Shown here one piece after another: positions 19,715 through 29,073 of a DNA stretch of 64,000 nt. Origin of the DNA: Methanobacteriota archaeon (lineage in GTDB: Archaea > Thermoplasmatota > E2 > DHVEG-1). Each line of letters begins with the position of its first letter. Position 1 is the stretch's first letter. The position numbers and the translations under genes were made by a program. The notes beneath the pieces are model-generated. The model was given only the letters and a program-made list of their open reading frames with translations. It ran no database searches and was not told the origin of the DNA. The stretch is taken from assembly GCA_963769885.1 (NCBI GenBank), contig CAVYNH010000004.1, positions 140,495 to 204,494 of the forward strand, written 5' to 3'.

Positions 19715-20010
19715 ATGCGGATCTGGGATGTCCCGCCTCGTGATTTGTGCCGTAGCCATCTCCTCGGTGATCACCGGGAGCTGCATGCGATCTGGTCCAT
19801 TCTCGTTCATCAGAACAAAGGGTACGCCAATCATCCAGAAACACTGCGCTGGAAGGGGAAATAACGCGCGTTGTACCTGCGACATGAGCAAATAGTAAAC
19901 GAGATGGTACAGCGGGGGTACCGCCATTTCAGCCCCATTGGACAAATCATTTGCTCCAGGGGAGAGCCAGCAGGACGTCTTTGTCGATTCGCCTGATGAG
20001 CAAGTTCGTT
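19715..20010 (+). pseudogene. disrupted pyrimidine-dimer DNA glycosylase (T4 endoV-like family) remnant
   Basis: The N-terminal segment MRIWDVPPRDLCRSHLLGDHRELHAIWSILVHQNKGYANHPETLRWKGK is typical of the family and then hits a stop. The C-terminal-like segment EMVQRGYRHFSPIG continues in another frame. Confidence 0.4.
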
Positions 20011-20078
20011 TGCTACGACAGAAAAAATGTGGATGCACTGTGTGACTTCAGAGAAAAAAAATAGAAAAGGGGATGGTT

Positions 20079-20327
20079 CTACTTTTGTCCGACGCCACCC
20101 CATTTTGAGATATATATGATTCCGAGAACAGATACAAGTGTTATAACCACTGCTACGATTATTGCATAAGCTGCACCGGTCCATGTTGTTGGTCCAGTCG
20201 CAAGCCAAAGTCCTGCAAGTGTCATTATCCCAACTATGATATCTTTCCAGATTAGAGCTATGATAAAACCAAATGCCGCTGCTATTGCTACTGCTATCGT
20301 GCTCTTGATTTCTTTTATGGTTACCAT
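20079..20327 (-). CDS. small membrane protein (2 TM)
   Basis: An 82 aa hydrophobic ORF. Low confidence. Confidence 0.3.
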   Translation of the reverse strand: MVTIKEIKSTIAVAIAAAFGFIIALIWKDIIVGIMTLAGLWLATGPTTWTGAAYAIIVAVVITLVSVLGIIYISKWGGVGQK

Positions 20328-20402
20328 CTCTCACCTCTCTCCTTTTTGCTACTAGAAACAATTTCTTTCTATATAATCGTTATGGATTTAGAAAAACACA
20401 CG

Positions 20403-21413
20403 TTATTCGAGGGGTATCAATGTTTTTCCATACAGGAGGCGGAACCAGCAGAGCGGCCAGACAATGATGGCGCCGAGAATGAGGAGCAAGCCGCCGGGTC
20501 CGATGGCGGAGAGCAGCATAACCGAAAGGACCAGGGGGACGAGCAGGAGGCTGAGCCCCTCGTGAACCCCGGTGATACGCAGGAAGGTGTTCCGTGAGGG
20601 TGACGGGCCACGCAGGAGGAGTGCCGTGGTCACCAGAAGGAGCATTGAAATAATGATGTAGCAGACGAGTGGGATTGGGAGCCCATCAATACTGCTTGCG
20701 ACCAGACCCAATGCGAACGGCAGGCCGAGAACCACGAGAAAGGCGACAGAGATGCCGGCAGCGTAGACGCGGAACACCCAGGGAATCGTGGTCTTCCCGT
20801 TTGTCGCGGTGACACCGAAGACGGTCGGTGAGGTGTAGACCTTGCTCTTAGCGTCCTCCTCGACGTCCTTGAGATTCGCGGTGATGCCGACACTGAAGAC
20901 CCACTGCAGGTAGAATGCGGTGGCGACGAGCCATACCACAAGGTTCACCGAGCCCTGAGTGTAAACTGCGCCTGCAAGTGTGAGGACGAACACCCCAAGG
21001 CCCAAGACGCACTCCAGAAACGGGAGGCGTTTGTTCAGTATGTTGTAAGTCACGGCGCACCCGATCGCGGCCATGACAAGCCCGAGGGAGAGCAAAGACT
21101 CCACGGACAAAGAGAGGATCAGCATACCGATGAAGGCGAATATAGTGATGATGACCGCATGACGTTTTGGGACCCTGCCCTCAAGCAGCGGGCGTGCAGC
21201 GACATATCGAGAGCGGGCGTCGACCGCCATATCCACGATGTCGTTCTGCACGAATGTGAACACATGATACAGGCAGCCCATGAGCAGCAGCAGCAAAAGG
21301 ACCGGCGGATGCGCCTCATGATTCGCCACCGCCCCGAACACCGGCGCAAGCCCCAGAAACAGCATACCGTAGGGACGGATCAACCGCAGGTACTGCCCGA
21401 GCCTGCCGACCAT
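20403..21413 (-). CDS. UbiA-family prenyltransferase
   Basis: About 8 TM helices, with an Asp-rich NDIVDMAVD motif and a second Asp-rich loop. Confidence 0.65.
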   Translation of the reverse strand: MVGRLGQYLRLIRPYGMLFLGLAPVFGAVANHEAHPPVLLLLLLMGCLYHVFTFVQNDIVDMAVDARSRYVAARPLLEGRVPKRHAVIITIFAFIGMLILSLSVESLLSLGLVMAAIGCAVTYNILNKRLPFLECVLGLGVFVLTLAGAVYTQGSVNLVVWLVATAFYLQWVFSVGITANLKDVEEDAKSKVYTSPTVFGVTATNGKTTIPWVFRVYAAGISVAFLVVLGLPFALGLVASSIDGLPIPLVCYIIISMLLLVTTALLLRGPSPSRNTFLRITGVHEGLSLLLVPLVLSVMLLSAIGPGGLLLILGAIIVWPLCWFRLLYGKTLIPLE

Positions 21414-21417
21414 CCCA

Positions 21418-21786
21418 CTACCTCAACGCAGTTTTCTCCACCCACTTCCCCTCGCCCTCCCACAGCCGCACTGAGGCCAGGGGTAGCTTGTCCTGCAGTC
21501 GCGCCCAGATCCACTCGATCAACGACTCCGCCGTCGGATTTGCGACCACGTCGTTTAACAGCTGATGGTCCAAGACTGAGATGACCTCATGGCGGACGAT
21601 GTCCTTGACCGCGGAGAAGTCCATGACCATTCCGTTCTTCCCCACCGGACCCTCGGCGACGACCTCCAGGCGGTAGGTATGCCCATGCGTCTGCCGGCAG
21701 GGCCCCTCATGGCCGGGGATGGAATGCCCGGCGTCAAACACGAACTCGCAGCCGATCCGCATCGTACTCATACCCGGCCACAACAC
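21418..21786 (-). CDS. queD: 6-pyruvoyl-tetrahydropterin synthase / QueD-like
   Basis: The CxxxHGH motif CRQTHGHTY is present. Length is 122 aa. Confidence 0.65.
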   Translation of the reverse strand: MLWPGMSTMRIGCEFVFDAGHSIPGHEGPCRQTHGHTYRLEVVAEGPVGKNGMVMDFSAVKDIVRHEVISVLDHQLLNDVVANPTAESLIEWIWARLQDKLPLASVRLWEGEGKWVEKTALR

Positions 21787-22049
21787 ACACCTGCGATATT
21801 AACAATTCGGACCCACAAAATTAGAGGAATCCAGGATAGGGCTGTACAACAAGCCTTTATAAGCATGAGCCCAACCCTATCCCTGATGATGGTCATCGGA
21901 CTGCTCACCAGCGAGGAAGAAGCCAACGAACTGCAATACATCGCCACGGTCTGCACCCTCGAAGAGCGCATCCACCGCATCGTCCACATCGCTAGAATCA
22001 AAAACATCAGCACAAACTACTAAAATAAAACCCTCGTTTTCTCCCAACG

Positions 22050-22913
22050 ATGACGATCCTCCTGGTCTCCTCCAGCGAAGACCCCGCCAGCACCAACATC
22101 AAAGACGGCCTCCTACAGCAACATGCTTGGCAGCAGACCGCCACCTTCTCCAACGCCCCCGCCTACACCTCCCCTACCCTCTACGACATCGTCCTCCTCA
22201 CCATCCCCGACAGAAAGATCCGCCATGAACACCTCCAAGACGAAGTCACCGCAAGCCTCGGCATCACCCCAACCCTCGCCATCTTCCTCAGCCGCCACCG
22301 CAGCAAGACCGGCCCACCCACCCTCACCGTCCACCCCATCGGCAACTACGCCGCCGCCGAGTTCGGCGGCCGCCCCCAGACCCTCGTCCCCGCCGCCCCC
22401 CACATCCAGACCCAACTCCTCCGACTCATCAACACCCGCGTCGCCCAGACACAACTCCCGTACAAGGTCTGCTTCGAAGTCACCCACCACGGCCCCTACC
22501 TCACCATCCCCACCCTCTTCGTCGAAGTCGGCAGCACCGAGACCCAATGGCAAGAAAAACCACCCGCCGACCTCATCGCCAGCGCCCTCCTCGACCTTCT
22601 CCCTACCATCCCTATACTTAAACCCGATGTCCCGGTCCTCGTCGGCATCGGCGGCGGCCACTACGCCCCCCGCTTCACTGACATCGCCCTCCAACGACAG
22701 GCCAGCTTCGGCCACATGCTTCCCACCTACCACATCCAAGACGCAATCGATGAGCACATGCTCGAGCTCGCCTTCGCCGAGACCCCAAGCGTCACGGGCG
22801 CCTACCTGCACCGCAAGGAACTCAAGAAATCACAGGCCACCGCGCTGACGAAATGGTGCGACGCGCATGGCATCCCGGTCGTCTCGAGCAACAACCTGCC
22901 CCTGCTTCAGTAA
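22050..22913 (+). CDS. dtdA: D-aminoacyl-tRNA deacylase, archaeal type
   Basis: The N-terminus MTILLVSSSEDPASTNI..., SRHRSKTGPPTLTVHPIGN and a length of about 287 aa fit archaeal DtdA. Confidence 0.55.
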   Translation: MTILLVSSSEDPASTNIKDGLLQQHAWQQTATFSNAPAYTSPTLYDIVLLTIPDRKIRHEHLQDEVTASLGITPTLAIFLSRHRSKTGPPTLTVHPIGNYAAAEFGGRPQTLVPAAPHIQTQLLRLINTRVAQTQLPYKVCFEVTHHGPYLTIPTLFVEVGSTETQWQEKPPADLIASALLDLLPTIPILKPDVPVLVGIGGGHYAPRFTDIALQRQASFGHMLPTYHIQDAIDEHMLELAFAETPSVTGAYLHRKELKKSQATALTKWCDAHGIPVVSSNNLPLLQ

Positions 22914-23829
22914 CCCCACCCCCGCCAGCACATGCGCCAGCCGCAACGGCTCTGGATGTTTCACCCGCGACGTCTTCTTCACGATTTCCACACACGACTC
23001 AAGCGACATCCGATGCCCCGGCGAGACGTACAACGGCCGCGTCGCCGACCCCGAACACACCGCGACACCACGACGCTCCCCATCCACAAACACATCCGTC
23101 CCCCGGACCTCCCCGCAGAGACGACTCTTCGCCACCCCGACCGTCGGCGTATCACAGACGACGCCGGCATGGCTCGCGAACCCACAGCGCGCCGGATGCA
23201 GGATCCCCTGACCATCCAGGAGCACCACAGACGGCGGTGAAGACGCCATCTTCAGCAGCCGCTCCACGAACGGCACCTCACGATACGAGAAATACGTCGG
23301 GATGAACGGAAACCGCGTCGACAACGACACCGTCCGCTCCTCCACCACGGCCCCCGTCTTATAATCCACCGCCACATACGCCCCACACGCCTTCGCAAAC
23401 TCACTCCTTGGATACGCCACGTCGATCCCCGCGACAACCTCCAGCGGCGGGAAATCATCCTCGACCCGCACCCGCTCACCGAGTTTCTGCTGCTCACGCC
23501 GCAGCCGACGCAAGGGAAACTCCGTCGAAAACTCATTGAAGAACACCCGATGAAAATCAACAATCATTCCATCCTGGACCTGCACATTCTCACGCGCAAG
23601 CCGACGCACCTTCTCCTCAAGCCCCAGACCGAACCCCCCGAGCCGACCATCGGAATGCACAACCTTGAAACACGGCATCCCCTCCGGATCCGGGTTCTGG
23701 TTCATCATCCGCCCCACCGCCCGAGACGCCACAATGTCCCCCAACGCCGCGGCCACCGCCCCATACGACGTCACATGACCAGCCGGCACCTGACGCACCA
23801 AATCATACGTATACGCAATCAAATCCATA
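22830..23829 (-). CDS. nfi: fusion protein: alkyltransferase-like (MGMT-fold, PCFK variant of PCHR) N-domain + endonuclease V (Nfi) C-domain
   Basis: The MGMT-like block is YGAVAAALG...MPCFKVVHSDGRLGG. The EndoV motifs are AGIDVAY, LLDGQGILHPARCGFASHAGV and PTVGVAKS. The start is placed at the Met of MDLIAYTY, since the track ORF extends spuriously upstream. Confidence 0.6.
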
Positions 23830-23909
23830 AACAACACAAGGATACCAGGAGAGGCGCTAAAAACCTTTCCCACCAAGTTTAAACCACCACCACCCAATCC
23901 CCCCACCCA

Positions 23910-24686
23910 ATGGGATTCCTCAAATTCCTCGGCACCGCCGGCGCCCGCTTCGTCGTCATGCGCCAGCTCCGCGCCAGCGGCGGCCTCTGGCTCAACCTCG
24001 ACGACACCACCCTCCTCATCGACCCCGGCCCCGGCTGCCTCCTCCGCTGCCTCCACAGCCACCCACCCCTCGACCCACGCACCCTCGACGGCATCCTCCT
24101 CACCCACCGCCACCTCGACCACTCAAACGACATCAACATCATGATCGAAGCCATGACCAACGGCGGCTACCACAAAAAAGGCACCGTCTACGCCCCCCAG
24201 GATGCCCTCACCGACGACCCCGTCATCCTCAGACACGCCCAACACCAAGTCAACACCCTCCAAACCCTCCACCCCACCCACACCTACACCCTCAACACCC
24301 TCACCCTCACCACCTCACCACCCCTCCACCACAGCGTCGAAACCTACGGCCTCACCATCCACGGAAAAACCCAAAGCATCGCCCTCATCACCGACACCGC
24401 CTACTACCCCGACCTCACCACCCAATTCCCCGCCGACATCCTCATCATCAACGTCGTCCTCCAAGACAAAAAAGACGGCATCCAACACCTCAGCCTCCCC
24501 GACGCCGAAACCATCATCGCCGGCAACCACCCCCACCTCGCCGTCCTCACCCACTTCGGTATGACCCTCGTCAAAGCCCAGCCCCACACCGTCGCCCAAG
24601 CCATGGCCGAACGCCTCGGCATCCCCGTCATCGCCGCCACCGACGACCTCACCCTCCCCCTCCCCTACACCCACCCAACACCCTGA
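23910..24686 (+). CDS. MBL-fold metallo-hydrolase
   Basis: The HxHxDH motif LLTHRHLDHSNDI is present. Confidence 0.6.
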   Translation: MGFLKFLGTAGARFVVMRQLRASGGLWLNLDDTTLLIDPGPGCLLRCLHSHPPLDPRTLDGILLTHRHLDHSNDINIMIEAMTNGGYHKKGTVYAPQDALTDDPVILRHAQHQVNTLQTLHPTHTYTLNTLTLTTSPPLHHSVETYGLTIHGKTQSIALITDTAYYPDLTTQFPADILIINVVLQDKKDGIQHLSLPDAETIIAGNHPHLAVLTHFGMTLVKAQPHTVAQAMAERLGIPVIAATDDLTLPLPYTHPTP

Positions 24687-24721
24687 AAAGACCCACCACA
24701 TTCCCTTCACCCAAAGACCCT

Positions 24722-25708
24722 ATGGACACCAGCCTCACCCACCTCCCCCGCTACAAAAACATCCTCTCTGGCAATGGCATCGCCGCCTACCTCACCACCA
24801 AACACCAGACTGTCGCTTATACCGACACCATGACCATTGACGAACTCTGGAAACAACACGACATCCCAGACCACTCCCCACCTCCCACTGATTCCTCACA
24901 CAGCCTCCTCGGCCTCAAATGCACCATCGCACAGCGCATCCTCACCTCCTGCACCCTCTGCGAACGCCGCTGCCACACCAACCGACGACAACACCAGGGC
25001 CCCTGTCACACCCAACACTCCCACATCACCACCGAATTCCTGCACACCGGCGAAGAACCACCACTCATCCCCTCCCACACCATCTTCTTCTCCGGCTGCC
25101 CCCTCCACTGCGCCTTCTGCCAAAACCACGACATCAGCCAGACCACCACCGGCACCACCATCCCACCACAAGAGCTTGCCCGCATCATCGCCGAACGCCA
25201 TATCCACGGCGCCCGCAACGTCAACTGGGTCGGCGGCGACCCCACCCCTAACCTCCCTTATATCCTCACCGTCCTCACCCATCTCATCACCAACACCCCC
25301 CAGATCTGGAACTCAAACATGTACTACAGCACCGAGACGATGCGCCTCCTCGACGGCATCATCGACCTCTACCTCACCGACTACAAGTTCGGCAACGACG
25401 CCTGCGCCATACGCCTCGCCGACGCCACCAACTATACCGCTGTCGTCCAGCGTAACCATCTTCATGCCGCAGAGACTGCGGATGTCCTCATCCGCCACCT
25501 CCTTCTTCCAAATCATTTCGAGTGCTGTACCATCCCTGCTCTCGATTGGATTGCCTCCAACATCCCCTCTGCTGTCGTCAACATCATGGCGCAATATCAT
25601 CCTGACTACCACGCCAATGAGTACCCCGATATCGCCAACACCATCGCTATCCAGGATTACCGTACCGCACTGAACTACGCTGAAACCCTCGGCCTGCATC
25701 TCATTTGA
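24722..25708 (+). CDS. radical SAM protein, PflA/AmmeMemoRadiSam-like
   Basis: An upstream Cys cluster CTLCERRCHTN...GPCHTQ precedes FFSGCPLHCAFCQNHDIS (CxxxCxxC). Confidence 0.5.
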   Translation: MDTSLTHLPRYKNILSGNGIAAYLTTKHQTVAYTDTMTIDELWKQHDIPDHSPPPTDSSHSLLGLKCTIAQRILTSCTLCERRCHTNRRQHQGPCHTQHSHITTEFLHTGEEPPLIPSHTIFFSGCPLHCAFCQNHDISQTTTGTTIPPQELARIIAERHIHGARNVNWVGGDPTPNLPYILTVLTHLITNTPQIWNSNMYYSTETMRLLDGIIDLYLTDYKFGNDACAIRLADATNYTAVVQRNHLHAAETADVLIRHLLLPNHFECCTIPALDWIASNIPSAVVNIMAQYHPDYHANEYPDIANTIAIQDYRTALNYAETLGLHLI

Positions 25709-25744
25709 AAAACAACCGAGAAAAAACAGAGGAGAGGAGCGGGG

Positions 25745-26518
25745 TTATCGACGATGGTTCCAGGCCGGGTCGTCGAACATCTCTCGACGGTACCTTCTGG
25801 CGTACGCGGATTCCTCCGATGTGAGATAGCCGGGGTTGAAGGTGACGTCGAATTCTTCCTCGAAGCCCTTTCGCATGGCCAGGGCCGTCTCGTCGAAGGA
25901 GACGTCACGGCCGAGGACAGCTTTCATCGAGGTGACCCTTTGCCGGGCATCGGTGATCAGTTTGTCCTTCAGCTTCTCATCGGGGACTTTGAGCAGCGAG
26001 AACATAGTGTCGACGTCGACATCGAGGAGGATGGTCCCGTGCTGGAGGACGACGCCCTGTTTACGCGTCTGGGCGTTCCCTGAGATTTTCTTGCCCCCTG
26101 CGAGGATATCGTTGATTGGGGCGAAGCTGCTGTCGATATTGAGCTGTCTGAAACCGAGGATAAGGGCGTTGCAGATTCGTTCATAGCTTTGGATGATGTT
26201 CTGTGGCATCGCAGGATTGTTCTCCTCGATGACGATGCTGTATGTTAGTTCCGCGTCGTGGTAGACGGCGCCCCCGCCGGTGATGCGTCGGACGACGTCG
26301 ACATGGTGCTGGTGGCAGGCCTGGAGGTCGACTTCCTCTTCGAGGCTTTGGAAGTAGCCTATGGAGATGGCGGGCGGCTGCCAGCGGTAGAAGCGGACGG
26401 TGGGGGGGACGAGGTGGCGGCGGTGTGCCTCAAGGATGGCACGGTCAATGGCCATGTTGGCAGATGCGGTGTTCGCACCTGTTTGAAGGAGTCGCCAGGG
26501 TTCGGTCATGGGAGGCAC
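25745..26518 (-). CDS. lplA: lipoate-protein ligase A, catalytic subunit
   Basis: Motifs RWQPPAISIGYFQ and VVRRITGGGAVYHD are present. At 257 aa it lacks a C-terminal domain. Confidence 0.65.
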   Translation of the reverse strand: MPPMTEPWRLLQTGANTASANMAIDRAILEAHRRHLVPPTVRFYRWQPPAISIGYFQSLEEEVDLQACHQHHVDVVRRITGGGAVYHDAELTYSIVIEENNPAMPQNIIQSYERICNALILGFRQLNIDSSFAPINDILAGGKKISGNAQTRKQGVVLQHGTILLDVDVDTMFSLLKVPDEKLKDKLITDARQRVTSMKAVLGRDVSFDETALAMRKGFEEEFDVTFNPGYLTSEESAYARRYRREMFDDPAWNHRR

Positions 26519-26802
26519 TTCAAGATGGCTTGGGTGAGGCCTTCGGGGGTGAGGCCGATGAGTTGGAGGTGGTGGGTGTCGATGAGGGAGGTTATTTTCT
26601 GGTGGAGGTCGTGCTGGGTGATAGGGGTGCCGGGGAGGCCGGTTTCGAGGATGTCGATGGCTTCTTCGGGGTAGGCGAAGAAGTCGCCGGTGATCTGGAT
26701 GGTGGTGATGGTGTTGGTGGCGGGGTCGGTGGTGAGGGTGAGTTTGATGAGTTTGCCGTGGGGGTCTTTGTAGGTGATCTTGGTTGGGGTGGGTGTGGTC
26801 AT
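26506..26802 (-). CDS. lplB: lipoate-protein ligase accessory/C-terminal-domain protein
   Basis: A 98 aa ORF immediately upstream of and overlapping lplA. The size and position match split archaeal LplB. Confidence 0.45.
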   Translation of the reverse strand: MTTPTPTKITYKDPHGKLIKLTLTTDPATNTITTIQITGDFFAYPEEAIDILETGLPGTPITQHDLHQKITSLIDTHHLQLIGLTPEGLTQAILKCLP

Positions 26803-27668
26803 GGGGTGGCCTTGCGGGCGTGGGTGTAGGTTTGGTGGGCGTGGTAGGAGCTGCGGACGAGGGGGCCGGCTTCGATGGTGTGGATGCCGAGGGTGTGGGC
26901 GTAGGTTTTGAGGGCGTGGAATTCGGTGGGGGTGTAGTAGTGGTGGATGGGTTCGTGGTGTGTGGTGGGTTGGAGGTATTGGCCGATGGTGAGGATGTCG
27001 ATGTTGGCGGTGTTGAGGTCGTGGAGGGTGTGGTGGATTTGTGCTGTAGTTTCGCCGAGGCCGATCATGAGGCCGGATTTGGTGGTGATGGTGGGGGCGA
27101 TTGTTTTGGTGGTTTTGAGGAGGGTGAGGCTGGTGGTGTAGTTGCCTTGGGGGCGGATGGTGGGGAAGAGGGGTTGGACGGTTTCGATGTTGTGGTTGAG
27201 GATGTCGGGGTTGGCGTCAAGGATGGTGGTGAGGTGGGTGATGTTGCCTTGGAGGTCGGGGATGAGGGCTTCGATGGTGGTGAGTGGGTTGCGTTCACGG
27301 ATTGCGGTGATGGTGGTGGCGAAGTGCTGGGCGCCGCCGTCCGGGAGGTTGTCGCGGGTGACGCTGGTGATGACGGCGTGGGTGAGGCTGAGGGTTTTGA
27401 CTGCGGTGGCGACGTTAGTAGGTTCGGTGGGGTCTAGGGGGGTGGGGGTGCCGTGGTGGACGTGGCAGTAGCGGCAGTGTCTGGTGCAGGTGTCGCCGAG
27501 GATGAGGAAGACGGCGGTGCCAGCGGCGTAGCATTCGGCGAGGTTGGGGCATTTGGCTTCGTGGCAGATGGTGTGGAGGTTGGCGGATTTAAGGAGGGTA
27601 GTGATGGTCTGGTAGGTGGGGCCGCCGGGGATGGGGGTTTTGAGCCAGTCGGGGTGTCGTCTTGGCAT
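26799..27668 (-). CDS. lipA: lipoyl synthase
   Basis: The auxiliary cluster CHEAKCPNLAEC and the radical SAM motif CTRHCRYC are both present. Confidence 0.75.
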   Translation of the reverse strand: MPRRHPDWLKTPIPGGPTYQTITTLLKSANLHTICHEAKCPNLAECYAAGTAVFLILGDTCTRHCRYCHVHHGTPTPLDPTEPTNVATAVKTLSLTHAVITSVTRDNLPDGGAQHFATTITAIRERNPLTTIEALIPDLQGNITHLTTILDANPDILNHNIETVQPLFPTIRPQGNYTTSLTLLKTTKTIAPTITTKSGLMIGLGETTAQIHHTLHDLNTANIDILTIGQYLQPTTHHEPIHHYYTPTEFHALKTYAHTLGIHTIEAGPLVRSSYHAHQTYTHARKATP

Positions 27669-27719
27669 AGGTGTGGGATGTTTAGGGGTGGGGTGGTTTT
27701 TGAGGTTTATGGTTTGTGG

Positions 27720-28934
27720 TTAGACGCCGATGGTGACTCTGAGGAGGTCGCGGAGTCCTGGGCTGGCGCCGAGGATGAGGATGCCGATTTTGAGGAGGTT
27801 GATGAGGCGGGGGTAGCGGTCGGTCTCGTGTTTGTAGGCGATGTCGAAGAGGTAGATGATGAGGAGGATGAGGAGGATTTTGATGAGAGGGTAGAGGGGG
27901 GGCCAGATCGTGAGGAGGGCGTTGGAGGCGGGGTGTTTTTCGAGGTAGGGGGGGAGGCCGAGGTGGAGGGGGTCGGAGATGCTGAGGTAGCTGCTGACGC
28001 CGTCGAGGGTGTGGCCGGCGAGCATGGCGAGGTTGAGGGGGTTGGCGTAGGCTTTGAGGGGGGTGTTGCGGTAGTGGCGGCCGATGGCCCAGGTTGTTGT
28101 GGTGACGAGGGTGACGATGAGAAGGTCGGCGGCGAGGACGGCGAGGTAGGTGCCTTGGGTGGGGCTCCAGGGGGTGAGGATGTAGTGGGCGATGAGGGCG
28201 GTGGAGGGGAGCAGGACGAGGAGGCCGCCGGAGAAGACAATGAGGTTGAGGCTTGGAATCCGATTTTTATATCCGGTCCAGGCGAGGGGGAGGAAGGCGA
28301 GGAGGGAGAGGGCGGTGAAGACGAGGGGGTGGAGGGGGGCGACGCCGCCGGTGTTCCCAGTGAGCCAGAGGAGGGTGTAGATGAGGTCGCCGAGGAGGAA
28401 GACGCCGAGCAGAAGGAGGGTGATGGCGCGGGGGGAGTGGTTCTTTGAGAGACGTCGTTCGGCGTAGAGGCCGAGGAAGAGGAAGACGAAGACGTAGAGG
28501 GCGGTCTGGACATAGAGGAGGGGGGAGATGAAGACGTAGACTGCGGGCGGGGTGAAGAAGGCAGTGTCTTCCAGGACTCTGGTAACCGGGCCGAAGAGGA
28601 TGTAAGGCAGCAGGGCGAGGCAGAATCTCCAGTCGATTTGAATCTCGAGGCGTTTGAGGAGCTTATAAATGCCCAGGATGGCGAGGATGAGGATGATGCC
28701 GTAGGTGATCTCGGAGACGAGGGTGTAGCCTTCGTAGGCGGCCACGCCATGATAGACGGCAGGGTGGCTTTGGGCGTCCGCCATGACCGGGCCCCAGTAG
28801 TACTGCCAGATCCAGTGGTCGTAGAACACCGAGGGGAACAGGAGGCAGCCGGCGACGACGATAAGGACGACAAGGAGGGTGAGAAGGAGGCTGAGGCTGA
28901 GGAGGTGGCGGCGGAGGAGCGCGGGGGTCCTCAT
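27720..28934 (-). CDS. polytopic integral membrane protein (about 10 TM), unknown function
   Basis: A hydrophobic 404 aa ORF. Confidence 0.45.
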   Translation of the reverse strand: MRTPALLRRHLLSLSLLLTLLVVLIVVAGCLLFPSVFYDHWIWQYYWGPVMADAQSHPAVYHGVAAYEGYTLVSEITYGIILILAILGIYKLLKRLEIQIDWRFCLALLPYILFGPVTRVLEDTAFFTPPAVYVFISPLLYVQTALYVFVFLFLGLYAERRLSKNHSPRAITLLLLGVFLLGDLIYTLLWLTGNTGGVAPLHPLVFTALSLLAFLPLAWTGYKNRIPSLNLIVFSGGLLVLLPSTALIAHYILTPWSPTQGTYLAVLAADLLIVTLVTTTTWAIGRHYRNTPLKAYANPLNLAMLAGHTLDGVSSYLSISDPLHLGLPPYLEKHPASNALLTIWPPLYPLIKILLILLIIYLFDIAYKHETDRYPRLINLLKIGILILGASPGLRDLLRVTIGV

Positions 28935-29073
28935 GAGGCGGGCAAAGCCCCAGGCGGTTTATAAAGGCTGGCACGTGGCATCGTCGGCAGAATCCAGGAG
29001 GAGGTAGGGGTCTATAGGGAGGGGGGGATAAAAAAGTAATATAACGAACCTCCGGTTTACCTACTAGAGGCTC

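Noticed and set aside
19673-20361. Two minus-strand ORFs (121 and 176 aa)
   Set aside because: The region is better explained by a plus-strand decayed pyrimidine-dimer glycosylase gene. The ORFs are Cys/Ser-rich, with no motifs.
22113-22848. Ser/Pro/Thr-rich ORFs overlapping dtdA on both strands
   Set aside because: These are alternate frames of a GC-rich real gene. The DtdA frame carries the recognisable motifs.
23830-24122. 5' extension of the ORF 22830..24122 (GTG start, Ala/Glu/Gly-rich first 98 residues)
   Set aside because: The extension overlaps the convergent MBL gene start region and has no homology signal. The alkyltransferase-like domain begins at the internal Met.
24202-25673. 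Pro/Thr/Ser-rich plus-strand ORFs (24202-24564, 24837-25673)
   Set aside because: These are shifted frames of the MBL hydrolase and radical SAM genes.
27453-28448. 331-aa Gly/Glu/Val-rich plus ORF and a 388-aa Ser/Pro-rich minus ORF (27707-28873)
   Set aside because: These are antisense or shifted frames of the polytopic membrane protein gene 27720-28934.
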